A stretch of 45,246 bases of DNA, from contig CAZIHK010000010.1 in assembly GCA_964539035.1 (NCBI GenBank), positions 1 to 45,246 of the forward strand, given 5' to 3'. How positions within the stretch are numbered: position 1 is the first letter of the stretch; every line of letters starts with the position of its first letter. Position numbers and translations under genes: made by a program. The notes under the pieces were generated by a model that was given only the letters and a program-made list of their open reading frames with translations, did not search any database and was not told the origin of the DNA. Shown here piece after piece: positions 1 through 7,788 of this stretch. The DNA comes from an uncultured Candidatus Saccharibacteria bacterium (lineage in GTDB: Bacteria > Patescibacteriota > Saccharimonadia > Saccharimonadales > CAIOMD01).

Positions 1-132
1 AATTACGGCCTTGCGATGCATGCCCGTAATCTCAACGATAGATGATATGATTTCTGTTTTTCGATTCGCACCTGCCTTTTTATAGGCAGGTAACTTTTCT
101 CGGATAATCTCGCTCATAGTAGCTCTTTTCAT
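1..132 (-). CDS. Partial ORF (C-terminus runs off window start): N-terminal 44 aa of a possible DDE transposase/integrase
   Basis: Minus-strand ATG at 132..130 reads MKRATMSEIIREKLPAYKKAGANRKTEIISSIVEITGMHRKAVI and is still open at position 1. The basic HTH-like leader resembles N-termini of IS481/ISNCY-type rve transposases. Only 44 aa are visible and it is not in the supplied ORF track. Confidence 0.3.
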   Translation of the reverse strand, partial: MKRATMSEIIREKLPAYKKAGANRKTEIISSIVEITGMHRKAVI

Positions 133-489
133 ACCAGAGACAGGGTAACCCAAATTACTATCTAACCGAAGCGCAATGGGTAACTTTTATTATTATCTGA
201 TGCGATTGACTTTCATGTAACGTGGGTGTGTAATTAAAGTACAAAGAGGTTGGAGCGTTGAGATTTACCCCTTATTTGGTCGCTTGGGGTAAAAGTAGCT
301 AGTAGCGAAACCGGGCAACCAAGACCTAAATAGGTACCTAAATAACAGTACCAGCGAAACTTGGCTTCCATAAAGTCGTCGTCAAACTCTTTGCACGCAT
401 AAACCTAAAAAAGGAGGGTATTTTTAGTTTAGTGAAGTGCAAACAAACATAAAACCGACCTTTTAAAGATAATTTAGGAGGGGTATTTT

Positions 490-882
490 ATGAACAACCC
501 AGTGACACGCCATGATTTGCAGTTACTGCTACAACAAACAGTAAGTACGATACTTAATAAGACAATAACTCATGATGAGTTTAATAATATTGCTCAAAGT
601 ATAAATCAGCGTATGTGTTGCAAGCAAGACGCCCAAAATTATATTGAAGCATCAAAACAGAAGATTCTAGAAAGGGTATTAATACCCATAAACGAACAGC
701 AAGTGCTCAACCAACAACTAATTGCGCAGATTGATATATTTGGTAAATACTTAGCCCGTTTAGACCAAAAAATAGATAATTTGCAGAAATCAATTAACAT
801 AGTACAGAGTGAAACCGAAACTACTATGAGCCGTAACCAGAATAATCCGGCACGTACAGTATTAGAGCAACTGTACGCTTAA
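490..882 (+). CDS. Hypothetical protein, coiled-coil-like (130 aa)
   Basis: ORF with AGGAGG at 476..481, 8 nt before the ATG. Q/N/I/L-rich sequence with no recognisable family. Confidence 0.55.
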   Translation: MNNPVTRHDLQLLLQQTVSTILNKTITHDEFNNIAQSINQRMCCKQDAQNYIEASKQKILERVLIPINEQQVLNQQLIAQIDIFGKYLARLDQKIDNLQKSINIVQSETETTMSRNQNNPARTVLEQLYA

Positions 883-890
883 AAACCAAT

Positions 891-936
891 ATCCCTTATA
901 TAAAAGTAGGTATAGTGTACCTAATATATAGGGGAT
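891..936. terminator. Bidirectional hairpin between convergent genes
   Basis: ATCCCTTATATA...(inner TAGGTA-tagtg-TACCTA)...TATATAGGGGAT nested inverted repeat between the stops at 882 (+) and 943 (-). Confidence 0.5.
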
Positions 937-942
937 GTTTGA

Positions 943-1464
943 TTAGCTTTGGGTAAAGTAATTGATTTCGTTTACTACATCTAGCAAGGCTTGCGCTTTG
1001 ACCTTTTCGTCTACTATAGATTGCGCTGATTCGTAAGCACTGGGTAATAACGATTTGTCATCTGAGGCTTGTATCATCATCATGGTGGTGCGAAACTTTT
1101 CTTCGGGAGTTTGATCTAGGTGGCCAACTAAAGGCGATAAATCTTGAAGAACTTTTTGTTTTAAATCTAATAAGTCGGTATCATCTTCTTTATCTACAGC
1201 AGGCTCATTTTTTTTAGGCAAAACAGGCAAGGCATCAGTATGGTCATCGCTTATGGAGCTTGAACTAATCACTGGCACAGCTGGGATTTCACTTAAATTA
1301 TCGATAGTTTTGTCGTCATGTGCGCTATCGTTGTGTGGCTCCGCCATTATAATTTCTGGTGTTGACATAGGGTCATGCATTGGTACTACGCCATTGTCAT
1401 GAACCGGTTGGTTGTCGTCATCTTTATGATTATCATCGTTATGGCCAAACATTTTGCTCCCCAA
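943..1464 (-). CDS. Hypothetical acidic protein with His/Asp-rich N-terminal half (173 aa)
   Basis: Long ORF. The N-terminus is GHNDDNHKDDDNQPVHDNG...HDPM...HNDSAHDD and the C-terminal ~70 aa look helical. No family recognised. Confidence 0.55.
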   Translation of the reverse strand: MGSKMFGHNDDNHKDDDNQPVHDNGVVPMHDPMSTPEIIMAEPHNDSAHDDKTIDNLSEIPAVPVISSSSISDDHTDALPVLPKKNEPAVDKEDDTDLLDLKQKVLQDLSPLVGHLDQTPEEKFRTTMMMIQASDDKSLLPSAYESAQSIVDEKVKAQALLDVVNEINYFTQS

Positions 1465-1594
1465 TTAGTGTATCTTTGCTAGTACAATAGCATAAGCGCT
1501 TAGCTGTTAAAAGGGTAAAAACTAATTTTAAACAACTACATAAGTCGTGTTACTTTATAAATATAATAAAATAAACTTTTACTGGAGATCATTA

Positions 1595-2632
1595 ATGCTA
1601 GACGACCTTAAACTTATACATGAACGTGATGCTCAAGATGCGCTAGGCATAGCCGAAAAACAATGGCAACAACTAGATTACGATTTTAATTTACCAGATT
1701 TAAATTTTGGCGTAGCTGATATTGATAATGTTGTTTTTGCCGGTATGGGCGGTTCTGCACTAGGAGCACTGCTGAGCGTTACTTGGCCAGGATACAGCGT
1801 GCCATTTGAAATATCACGTGATTATAAAATACCAAAATATGTAGACCCAAAAACATTATTTTTTGCATCAAGCTATTCTGGCAACACAGAAGAGACCATA
1901 GAAGCCTTAAACCAAGCCGAAAAAACTGGCGCTAAAATTGTAATCATTGCCTCTGGCGGCAAATTGACCGAAATTGCTGGCCAAAAAGGTTACCCAATTG
2001 CAATATTACCCCAAGTGACCCAGCCAAGATATGCTACGCTTTATAGTTTTAAGGCATTATGTAGCTGGCTGATAAAAGCTGGTTTATTAGACGAAGAATT
2101 TGCTAATGCAGAGATTAATAAGGCCGTTAAGTCTATAAAACAATCTACTGCTGGTTGGCGCCCAGATGTGGCAACAGGCCAAAACTATGCTAAACAAATC
2201 GCCCAAGAGGTCATTGGCAAAAGCGCAGTAATTTATGGCGGACCTTTAATGTACCCAGCTGCCTATAAGTGGAAGATTAGCTTTAACGAAAACGCCAAAA
2301 ACATCGCCTGGTGCAACCAATATCCAGAGTTTAATCACAACGAATTCTTAGGTTGGACTAGTCACCCGCAAGAAAAGCTCTATGCAGTTATCGATTTACG
2401 TTCTAATTTAGAGCACCCGCAGGTGCAAAAACGTTTTGAAGTAAGCGAAAGGCTGCTTAGTGGTCGCAGGCCAGCACCAATTGTTGTACAGACACAAGGC
2501 GAAACATTGCTAGAGCAAATGCTTTGGGCAGTGGCACTTGGTGATTTTGTGACTTTGTATACGGCCATCTTGAATGGATTAAACCCAACACCAGTAGATT
2601 TAATAGAAAAGTTCAAAAAAGAACTAGTGTAA
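1595..2632 (+). CDS. Bifunctional phosphoglucose/phosphomannose isomerase-like SIS-domain protein
   Basis: The track ORF 1547..2632 is trimmed to the ATG at 1595 (MLDDLK...), preceded by GGAG at 1584..1587. VFAGMGGSALGA...ASSYSGNTEET SIS motifs and the C-terminal PGI/PMI-like region are typical of archaeal/CPR-type PGI/PMI. Confidence 0.75.
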   Translation: MLDDLKLIHERDAQDALGIAEKQWQQLDYDFNLPDLNFGVADIDNVVFAGMGGSALGALLSVTWPGYSVPFEISRDYKIPKYVDPKTLFFASSYSGNTEETIEALNQAEKTGAKIVIIASGGKLTEIAGQKGYPIAILPQVTQPRYATLYSFKALCSWLIKAGLLDEEFANAEINKAVKSIKQSTAGWRPDVATGQNYAKQIAQEVIGKSAVIYGGPLMYPAAYKWKISFNENAKNIAWCNQYPEFNHNEFLGWTSHPQEKLYAVIDLRSNLEHPQVQKRFEVSERLLSGRRPAPIVVQTQGETLLEQMLWAVALGDFVTLYTAILNGLNPTPVDLIEKFKKELV

Positions 2633-2949
2633 CCTCATTATTCAGCTGTTTGCTTTAAACAGGCCGCTGATGATGATTTCTAGTGGTACTTGTTCTATGG
2701 TTATGTCTTGTATCGGGTATTCATTAAGCCCCAAAAAAATGATAAATAATAAAACTTCAGTTGATTAGCGAAAAATTTTAGCGACAGTTTCTAAAGGGGA
2801 TGCTTTATGTCTCTGGGCTTCGAACTAGCACATCGCAGCCATAAGTTTTGTTTTTGCATACATTGCTGTTATCTGTACTACTATAGGGGTAAATTTTGTC
2901 TAAATGCTTTATTCGTATCTTAGATCTTCTGTGGAATCTTTGCGGATAG

Positions 2950-3453
2950 CTAATTATTGTTAATCATAAATAGTTCCGAGTATTCAGCAATAGTCATCAT
3001 CTCTACATTGCTTTGGGATTTGTGCTCTAAAATATCTTTATCACCTGTAATGATAAAGGCTTTTTGGGCTATAGCAAGACGCAAAATATCCGTGTCGTTT
3101 ATGTCTCGGATTTCTTCTTTCGACGGTATGTCATAATCATGGCAATATTCTACTAATTTTTGTCTTACTTGGCGTACAAATTTTTGTGATACTTTAGGCC
3201 GGACTATTTTCAAAAAATTTACAAACTCATCTATTGTGTAATCCGACAAAACCATCTCTTGGTGGGCTAGGACGTGCCTTAATGTAATTTCTGGTTCGCC
3301 ACCATATAAAATCGCACTTATAAGAATGTTTGTATCAACTACAATACGGTAACGATTCTTACTTTTGGGTAAACCAGCGGCCTGATTTGCGGCGTGTTTC
3401 TGTAATAGTGTCAGCCACTTGTTTCTCCGGCTGGGTTTTAGTTTGGGCGCCAA
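2950..3453 (-). CDS. PIN-domain toxin (PIN_3 / TIGR00305-like); start uncertain
   Basis: RYRIVVDTNILISAI...IITGDKDIL are PIN acidic motifs. The open frame extends to 3579 but overlaps the upstream RHH gene. There is no in-frame ATG between 3565 and the domain start (~3354). The in-frame TTG at 3453 or GTG at 3468 are the nearest candidate starts. Confidence 0.6.
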   Translation of the reverse strand: MAPKLKPSRRNKWLTLLQKHAANQAAGLPKSKNRYRIVVDTNILISAILYGGEPEITLRHVLAHQEMVLSDYTIDEFVNFLKIVRPKVSQKFVRQVRQKLVEYCHDYDIPSKEEIRDINDTDILRLAIAQKAFIITGDKDILEHKSQSNVEMMTIAEYSELFMINNN

Positions 3454-3625
3454 CTTTTTTGCCTTCACGGAAAATATACTCCCATTCTGTTTCGTTTTTA
3501 AGATATTGCATGGCTGCAGCTCGCAAAAAATCGCTACGGCTGCCAAACTGCTCTGTTGCCTTAGCATCAATTTGTTCAACTAAAGCCCTTGGGAACGAAA
3601 TGTTAAACGTTTGCGCATCTGCCAT
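3359..3625 (-). CDS. Ribbon-helix-helix (CopG/Arc-like) antitoxin
   Basis: Trimmed to the ATG at 3625 (MADAQTFNISFPRALVEQIDAKA...SRSDFLRAAAMQYL), with AAAGGA SD upstream. This is the RHH beta-strand/helix pattern, and the gene lies immediately upstream of the PIN gene. Confidence 0.65.
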   Translation of the reverse strand: MADAQTFNISFPRALVEQIDAKATEQFGSRSDFLRAAAMQYLKNETEWEYIFREGKKVGAQTKTQPEKQVADTITETRRKSGRWFTQK

Positions 3626-3693
3626 ATTATGATCCTTTCTAGCAAAAATTGTATGAAAATTGTATGAATAAGTCAATATTAAAGTCTAGATTA

Positions 3694-3736
3694 CTATCCA
3701 TCATCTATCATCCAGTGTTTATCGTCTATCTTCTAA
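3694..3736 (+). repeat. Heptad-periodic TCYAT repeat tract
   Basis: tccatca tctatca tccagtg tttatcg tctatct tctaact: TC[CT]AT recurs with 7-nt period in the gap between the RHH gene start and the ABC permease stop. Confidence 0.45.
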
Positions 3737-4966
3737 CTACTCGTAGCGGAGAGCTTCTATTGGGTCTTTGCGGGCGGCTTGGATGGCTGGGGCCATACCA
3801 AAAATGATACCAACCATAGTCGATACGCCCGTGGCTATTAAGATTGTTTCAAGTGATAAGGATGGGTGTATAGATGTGGTTATCCGGATAATAAAGCTGG
3901 CAAATAGCGAAAGCAAAACACCCAAAATACCACCAAAAATGCTGATTGTTGTCGCCTCTACCAAAAATTGGCTTAATATTTGATTATTTGTTGCCCCTAC
4001 GGCCTTGCGTACGCCTATCTCACGTGTTCTTTCGCTGACACTGGCGAGCATTATGTTCATGATGCCAATACCGCCTACAAGTAAGGATATCGCTGCGATA
4101 GCTGCTACAAAGTTAGTTAAAATGCCAAAAACTTGATTAGCAGCATTCAAGTATTCACTTTGTTTAATGATAGAAAAATCTTCTTGGCCGCTATGGTTAG
4201 CTAGCAATACTTTTTTAATATTTTCGCTTACAATTTCTACCGATGCGTTTTTAGCAACTTTTATATCTAATTCGCTAATAGGTAAAGTACCACCAACCAA
4301 TTGTTTGCCGGTTTCTATGGGAATATAGATTGCATTATTAAAATTAGTACCTATGTTTAAGGGGTTCTCATTATTTATCGACAATATCCCACGCACCGTG
4401 AACTCTTGGCCCCTAATGGTCATAACACGACCAATTGGGTCACGCACTTTAAATAAATCGGCTGCAATATTGCTACCAATTATCGCTGTAGAACGGGTGG
4501 CATCCCTCTCTGTGAAAAATTCGCCGAACTGTAGTTTTTGGCCTAATACCTCGGGGTTTTGCGGTGTTGTAGCCATAATTACTGCATTTGCATAACTTGG
4601 AGTTTCGTAGGTGCTGGCAATGCCGGTAATCATGGCGCTATAGCTAACGTTACTTACGCCAGAAATTTTTTTAATATCGGCAATATCTTTATCGGTCAAT
4701 GTACTTGTGCCGACTGGGGTACTAATATTGACATGTGTTATGCCTGCTGCCGGGTTAATATCGAATGCCTTACCTGGCCTTATAGCAATTACATTTTTGT
4801 CTATCTGGTTTATTTGGCTTAATACTTGGTTTTTTACACCCTCGCCTATAGATACAATCATTACTACGCTTGTAACACCAATAATTACGCCTAGCATTGT
4901 TAGTAAACTACGTACTCGGGCTACTTTAATGCTGGCAAATGCCATTTTGATGTTAGTTAAAATCAT
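3737..4966 (-). CDS. ABC transporter permease, MacB/FtsX family
   Basis: N-terminal TM helix, large periplasmic domain, and a C-terminal FtsX-like 3-TM region (SERTREIGVRKAVGAT). The ATGA overlaps the upstream ATPase stop. Confidence 0.85.
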   Translation of the reverse strand: MILTNIKMAFASIKVARVRSLLTMLGVIIGVTSVVMIVSIGEGVKNQVLSQINQIDKNVIAIRPGKAFDINPAAGITHVNISTPVGTSTLTDKDIADIKKISGVSNVSYSAMITGIASTYETPSYANAVIMATTPQNPEVLGQKLQFGEFFTERDATRSTAIIGSNIAADLFKVRDPIGRVMTIRGQEFTVRGILSINNENPLNIGTNFNNAIYIPIETGKQLVGGTLPISELDIKVAKNASVEIVSENIKKVLLANHSGQEDFSIIKQSEYLNAANQVFGILTNFVAAIAAISLLVGGIGIMNIMLASVSERTREIGVRKAVGATNNQILSQFLVEATTISIFGGILGVLLSLFASFIIRITTSIHPSLSLETILIATGVSTMVGIIFGMAPAIQAARKDPIEALRYE

Positions 4967-5763
4967 TTGATGGCCGCCTTAGCTAGCTTCTTCTTTTTAG
5001 ATTCGTTGCGGTCGGTAATTAATTGCTCTTCGTCTACGCTTGGCGCGTTATGCAACTGTTTAATATTGGCAGTCTCGTGGGTTTTAAGGTCTTTATCTTG
5101 ATGTATACGGCCGTCGCGCATATAAACAACTCTATTAGCATATGCTGTTAAATCAGGGTTATGGGTGACCATAATAATAGTGTTGTCGCCTCTATGGATT
5201 TCTTTAAGTAGCTCCATGATTACTTCGCTGCTAGTAGTGTCTAGATTGCCAGTTGGCTCGTCGGCAATTATTAGGCTTGGGCGATTTACTAATGCCCTAG
5301 CAATGGCAACTTTTTGGGTCTGCCCGCCACTTAATTGGCGGGGGTAATAATATTCGCGAGATTGCAGGCCGACCTTTTCTAGTATTTGACTAGCACGGTG
5401 TAGGCGGCGTAAATTAGTCATGCCTCTATATGCCAAGGGCAGGGCGACATTATCGATTACCGTCATGCGTGGTAATAAATTAAAACTTTGGAAAACAAAA
5501 CCAATTTTGTCGCGGCGAGCTTTAGCACGTGCATTGCTGCGCAAACGCGAAACAATGCGATTGTCTAATGTGTATACGCCTTGGCTAGATCTATCTAATA
5601 AACCAATAATATTAAGCAAAGTACTTTTGCCAGAACCGCTAGGGCCCATTATTGCTATAAATTCTCCTTTATCTACGGTCAAAGAAACGTCATCAAGAGC
5701 TAGTGTGGTAGCATTGCCAAAGCCGTAAACTTTGCTGATATGGTCTAATTTTATTATCGACAT
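4963..5763 (-). CDS. ABC transporter ATP-binding protein (MacB/LolD-like)
   Basis: Walker A GPSGSGKST, signature LSGGQTQKVAIARAL, Walker B LIIADEPTGNLD. The track ORF begins at the TTG at 5811; I prefer the ATG at 5763 (MSIIKLDHISKVYG), a typical N-terminus. Confidence 0.85.
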   Translation of the reverse strand: MSIIKLDHISKVYGFGNATTLALDDVSLTVDKGEFIAIMGPSGSGKSTLLNIIGLLDRSSQGVYTLDNRIVSRLRSNARAKARRDKIGFVFQSFNLLPRMTVIDNVALPLAYRGMTNLRRLHRASQILEKVGLQSREYYYPRQLSGGQTQKVAIARALVNRPSLIIADEPTGNLDTTSSEVIMELLKEIHRGDNTIIMVTHNPDLTAYANRVVYMRDGRIHQDKDLKTHETANIKQLHNAPSVDEEQLITDRNESKKKKLAKAAIK

Positions 5764-5907
5764 TACACATAGTTTACGAACAGAGGTAGAATATGACAAG
5801 CTTAAGTTCAAACATTTTTGTAAATATATATTATTAACATTAATTTGCTGATAAATAATATATAATCTTATCTGTTGTCTGTGACTAAAATTGCTATTTT
5901 TTGACGA

Positions 5908-5998
5908 GGAGAGGTCGCATAGTTGGTCTAGTGCGCCGCCTTGGAAAGGCGGTATAGGGGCAACTCTATCAAGGGTTCGAATCCCTTCCTCTCCGCCA
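5908..5998 (+). tRNA. tRNA-Ser (anticodon GGA), type II with long variable arm, CCA encoded
   Basis: Hand-folded cloverleaf: acceptor GGAGAGG/CCTCTCC, 3-bp D stem GCA/TGC, anticodon stem CCGCC/GGCGG with loop TTGGAAA, variable arm TATAGGGGCAACTCTATC, T arm AAGGG-TTCGAAT-CCCTT, discriminator G plus CCA. Confidence 0.9.
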
Positions 5999-6038
5999 GG
6001 AGAAAATGACTCACCATTTATGGTGGGTCATTTTCTCC
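5999..6038 (+). terminator. Hairpin immediately after the tRNA
   Basis: GGAGAAAATGACTCACC-atttat-GGTGGGTCATTTTCTCC, a 17-bp stem (one mismatch) followed by TTGTTG. Confidence 0.55.
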
Positions 6039-6164
6039 TTGTTGAAAGAAGTGGGATTCAACATGCACTGCGTAGCAGAGGGTTCGTGTAGCGAGCGGTC
6101 ACGCGCATGAGCTTGCTCAGAGCATAACCCGAGTGGATATAAGGAGCTTAAGCGACTGCTATCG

Positions 6165-6179
6165 CCTTCCTCTCCGCCA
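6165..6179 (+). repeat. Direct repeat of the tRNA-Ser 3' end (att-like)
   Basis: ccttcctctccgcca at 6165..6179 is identical to 5984..5998 (T-arm 3' strand, acceptor 3' strand and CCA). Confidence 0.6.
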
Positions 6180-6250
6180 TGACGTTTATACCTAAAGATA
6201 TTCGAGCTAAAAACCTATATGCTATATTTGGGTCATGGAATACAAAATCG

Positions 6251-6778
6251 TTACCGAATAGTGTCGAGCTCTTGTTTTAATGCTAGCCTTGCAAGGTTTC
6301 TAAATATTCCAGCGTAAACTTGAGATTCGTCATATCCTTCTCTAAATTCTAGCAACCAGCTATCCTCTAGCTCTTCTAGCCTTGACACCTTTAGTTGGGC
6401 ACCGCTTGTTGCGCTTTCCCATTCAAAATATTGGGCATCTTCTGAGCCAAATTCGGCAAAACCAGACATCCCGTTATGTAAATGTCGACGTGGTTCACCA
6501 CTGTATACCCTGCCACCAAAAGAGTTGGTCGCCATGTACACGCAATCGGGTTTGGCTATTTCTTCAAGGTTTGATATCTCATATTGATACATTCTATCTA
6601 TAGTTGGGAGGCCATTGCATAAACTTTGGGATATTTCGCTAACATTTGCAAAACTAATAACTATGCCAGGCCTAACTTTTTCAAAAAGTTCCTCAAAAGC
6701 AAGATCTTCGGTCTTAGCTACTTGGGATTCTCTCAATCCTTCATTTATTGCTTCTTTTTCGCTAATAGTCGTTTTCAT
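6251..6778 (-). CDS. Hypothetical protein, island family C copy 1 (175 aa)
   Basis: Paralog of 23690..24214. Shared motifs: S.SLCN.LP, PD.VY.AT.S.GGR...GEP.RH..HG.S..AEF...DA..FEW.SATSGA, ES.VYAGI..NLAR. Its start overlaps the upstream stop (TAATG). Confidence 0.65.
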   Translation of the reverse strand: MKTTISEKEAINEGLRESQVAKTEDLAFEELFEKVRPGIVISFANVSEISQSLCNGLPTIDRMYQYEISNLEEIAKPDCVYMATNSFGGRVYSGEPRRHLHNGMSGFAEFGSEDAQYFEWESATSGAQLKVSRLEELEDSWLLEFREGYDESQVYAGIFRNLARLALKQELDTIR

Positions 6779-7530
6779 TATTTAGATTCCTCTTTCTCTT
6801 CTTTTTCGCTAATATCCTTAAACATAAGTATGCTAATGTAAGCTATTTCTGGTTCGTCTATTCTGTAAATATCACCGAGCAATGGATTGTCATGTAATTC
6901 TTTGGCATCTACTCTACGGCCAAGCAAAAGCTCTATTGCCTCCAAATGGCTACCTAGGCTATCCCATAACTTCAAAAATACTGGTTCTATATCCGAAAGT
7001 CTTGCATCTGTCTCAAGCCCATGAATTTTACGTGTTACGGCACCATATTCATCTACGACTGGGCACTTTTTGCTAAATTCATTATTTAGTTTTGGGGTCT
7101 CAGTTATGCCTATAGCCTCATCCCTATTGGATAAATTGCTAGTAATATTGTCGGTATTGATATGCTCTAATCCTACAAATCCCAGGTGCCTAAAAATTGC
7201 AGTTTTTTTGGTTTGACCATCTTCACCCTGTTCTTCAATAACTTCGCGTCTAGAAAAAGCATAAACTGGAGCTAGACCCGATTGAGTTAGTTCATACTCC
7301 AGGGGTCTCATAAAATACGGGGCACCACCTATCATTGCCAATTCGCAATTCGACCTAAGTGCAATATCGGCTAATTGCCGTGCCCTAGCGACCATCTCGT
7401 ATATATTTGGTATTTCCTCAAAGGTCAGTAGGGCTTGTATATGGTGCTTGTCTTCTTCGCTTGGCTCAATTACACCTTGAGATATTTGCTCGGCGTTAGC
7501 CTGGTGTTGGGTTAAGTTAAAAATATTCAT
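6778..7530 (-). CDS. Hypothetical protein (250 aa), N-terminal alpha/beta-like domain
   Basis: AAGGAG SD before the ATG. Motifs ELAMIGGAPYFM...YAFSRRE...FRHLGF. No family named. Confidence 0.65.
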   Translation of the reverse strand: MNIFNLTQHQANAEQISQGVIEPSEEDKHHIQALLTFEEIPNIYEMVARARQLADIALRSNCELAMIGGAPYFMRPLEYELTQSGLAPVYAFSRREVIEEQGEDGQTKKTAIFRHLGFVGLEHINTDNITSNLSNRDEAIGITETPKLNNEFSKKCPVVDEYGAVTRKIHGLETDARLSDIEPVFLKLWDSLGSHLEAIELLLGRRVDAKELHDNPLLGDIYRIDEPEIAYISILMFKDISEKEEKEESK

Positions 7531-7557
7531 CTAGTGTCTCTCCTTAGTTATTTTATA

Positions 7558-7625
7558 TTGGGCTTGTTAAAGCTTCATAGGGCAGGTAAGCGTTGCCTAA
7601 CCTATGGAACCTTTAAGTGGTTCCG
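7558..7625. repeat. Conserved imperfect-palindrome element, copy a
   Basis: 68 nt, near-identical in its arms to 9081..9148. Stems CATAGG/CCTATG, GGCA/TGCC and GGAACC/GGTTCC are conserved while the internal loop differs. Confidence 0.6.
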
Positions 7626-7635
7626 GAGTTTTTGA

Positions 7636-7688
7636 TCAATAATCTGTGCTAATGGTCGTTTTCATTATTTAGATTCCTCTTCCTCTTG
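7636..7688 (-). pseudogene. Relic of a duplicated family-C gene start plus the preceding gene end
   Basis: 7648..7688 matches 6761..6801 at 38 of 41 nt. The relic reads ...EEEESK* then ATG (7665) MKTTISTDY* (stop 7638..7636), versus intact MKTTISEKE... at 6778. Confidence 0.5.
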
Positions 7689-7788
7689 TTACTTACCAAA
7701 AACCTTAAATATACAAAGATCGACACAGGCAAATTCAGCTTGATCGACTAGCCACAAACTACCCAATAATTCAGATTTTACTTGCATA

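Noticed and set aside
410-492. Duplicated 'aggagggtatttt(t)a' Shine-Dalgarno-like block (414..429 and 476..489)
   Set aside because: The upstream copy is followed by a stop-rich sequence and only a GTG 7 nt later, with no long ORF. It is probably a small local duplication without a coding consequence.
2636-2760. Minus-strand fragment reading ...LNEYPIQDITIEQVPLEIIISGLFKANS*, resembling the C-terminal end of an ABC ATPase
   Set aside because: It is only ~40 codons, bounded by an upstream stop, with no start or SD. It may be a decayed gene relic, but the evidence is too thin to annotate.
3330-5728. Multiple 60-105 aa ORFs on the + strand (3330..3632, 3768..3983, 4353..4595, 4559..4822, 4707..4970, 5165..5347, 5420..5728)
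   Set aside because: All are antisense shadow ORFs inside the RHH/PIN and ABC transporter genes, whose motifs are unambiguous.
5891-6091. 66-aa + strand ORF in the six-frame track
   Set aside because: It overlaps the well-folded tRNA-Ser and its terminator hairpin, and has no SD. It is an artefact of the GC-rich RNA gene.
6039-6164. Possible second tRNA or other ncRNA between the tRNA terminator and the duplicated tRNA 3' end
   Set aside because: I could not fold a cloverleaf. There is no matching 5' acceptor strand GGAGAGG, and no D or anticodon arms. I treat it as an att-bracketed remnant rather than an RNA gene.
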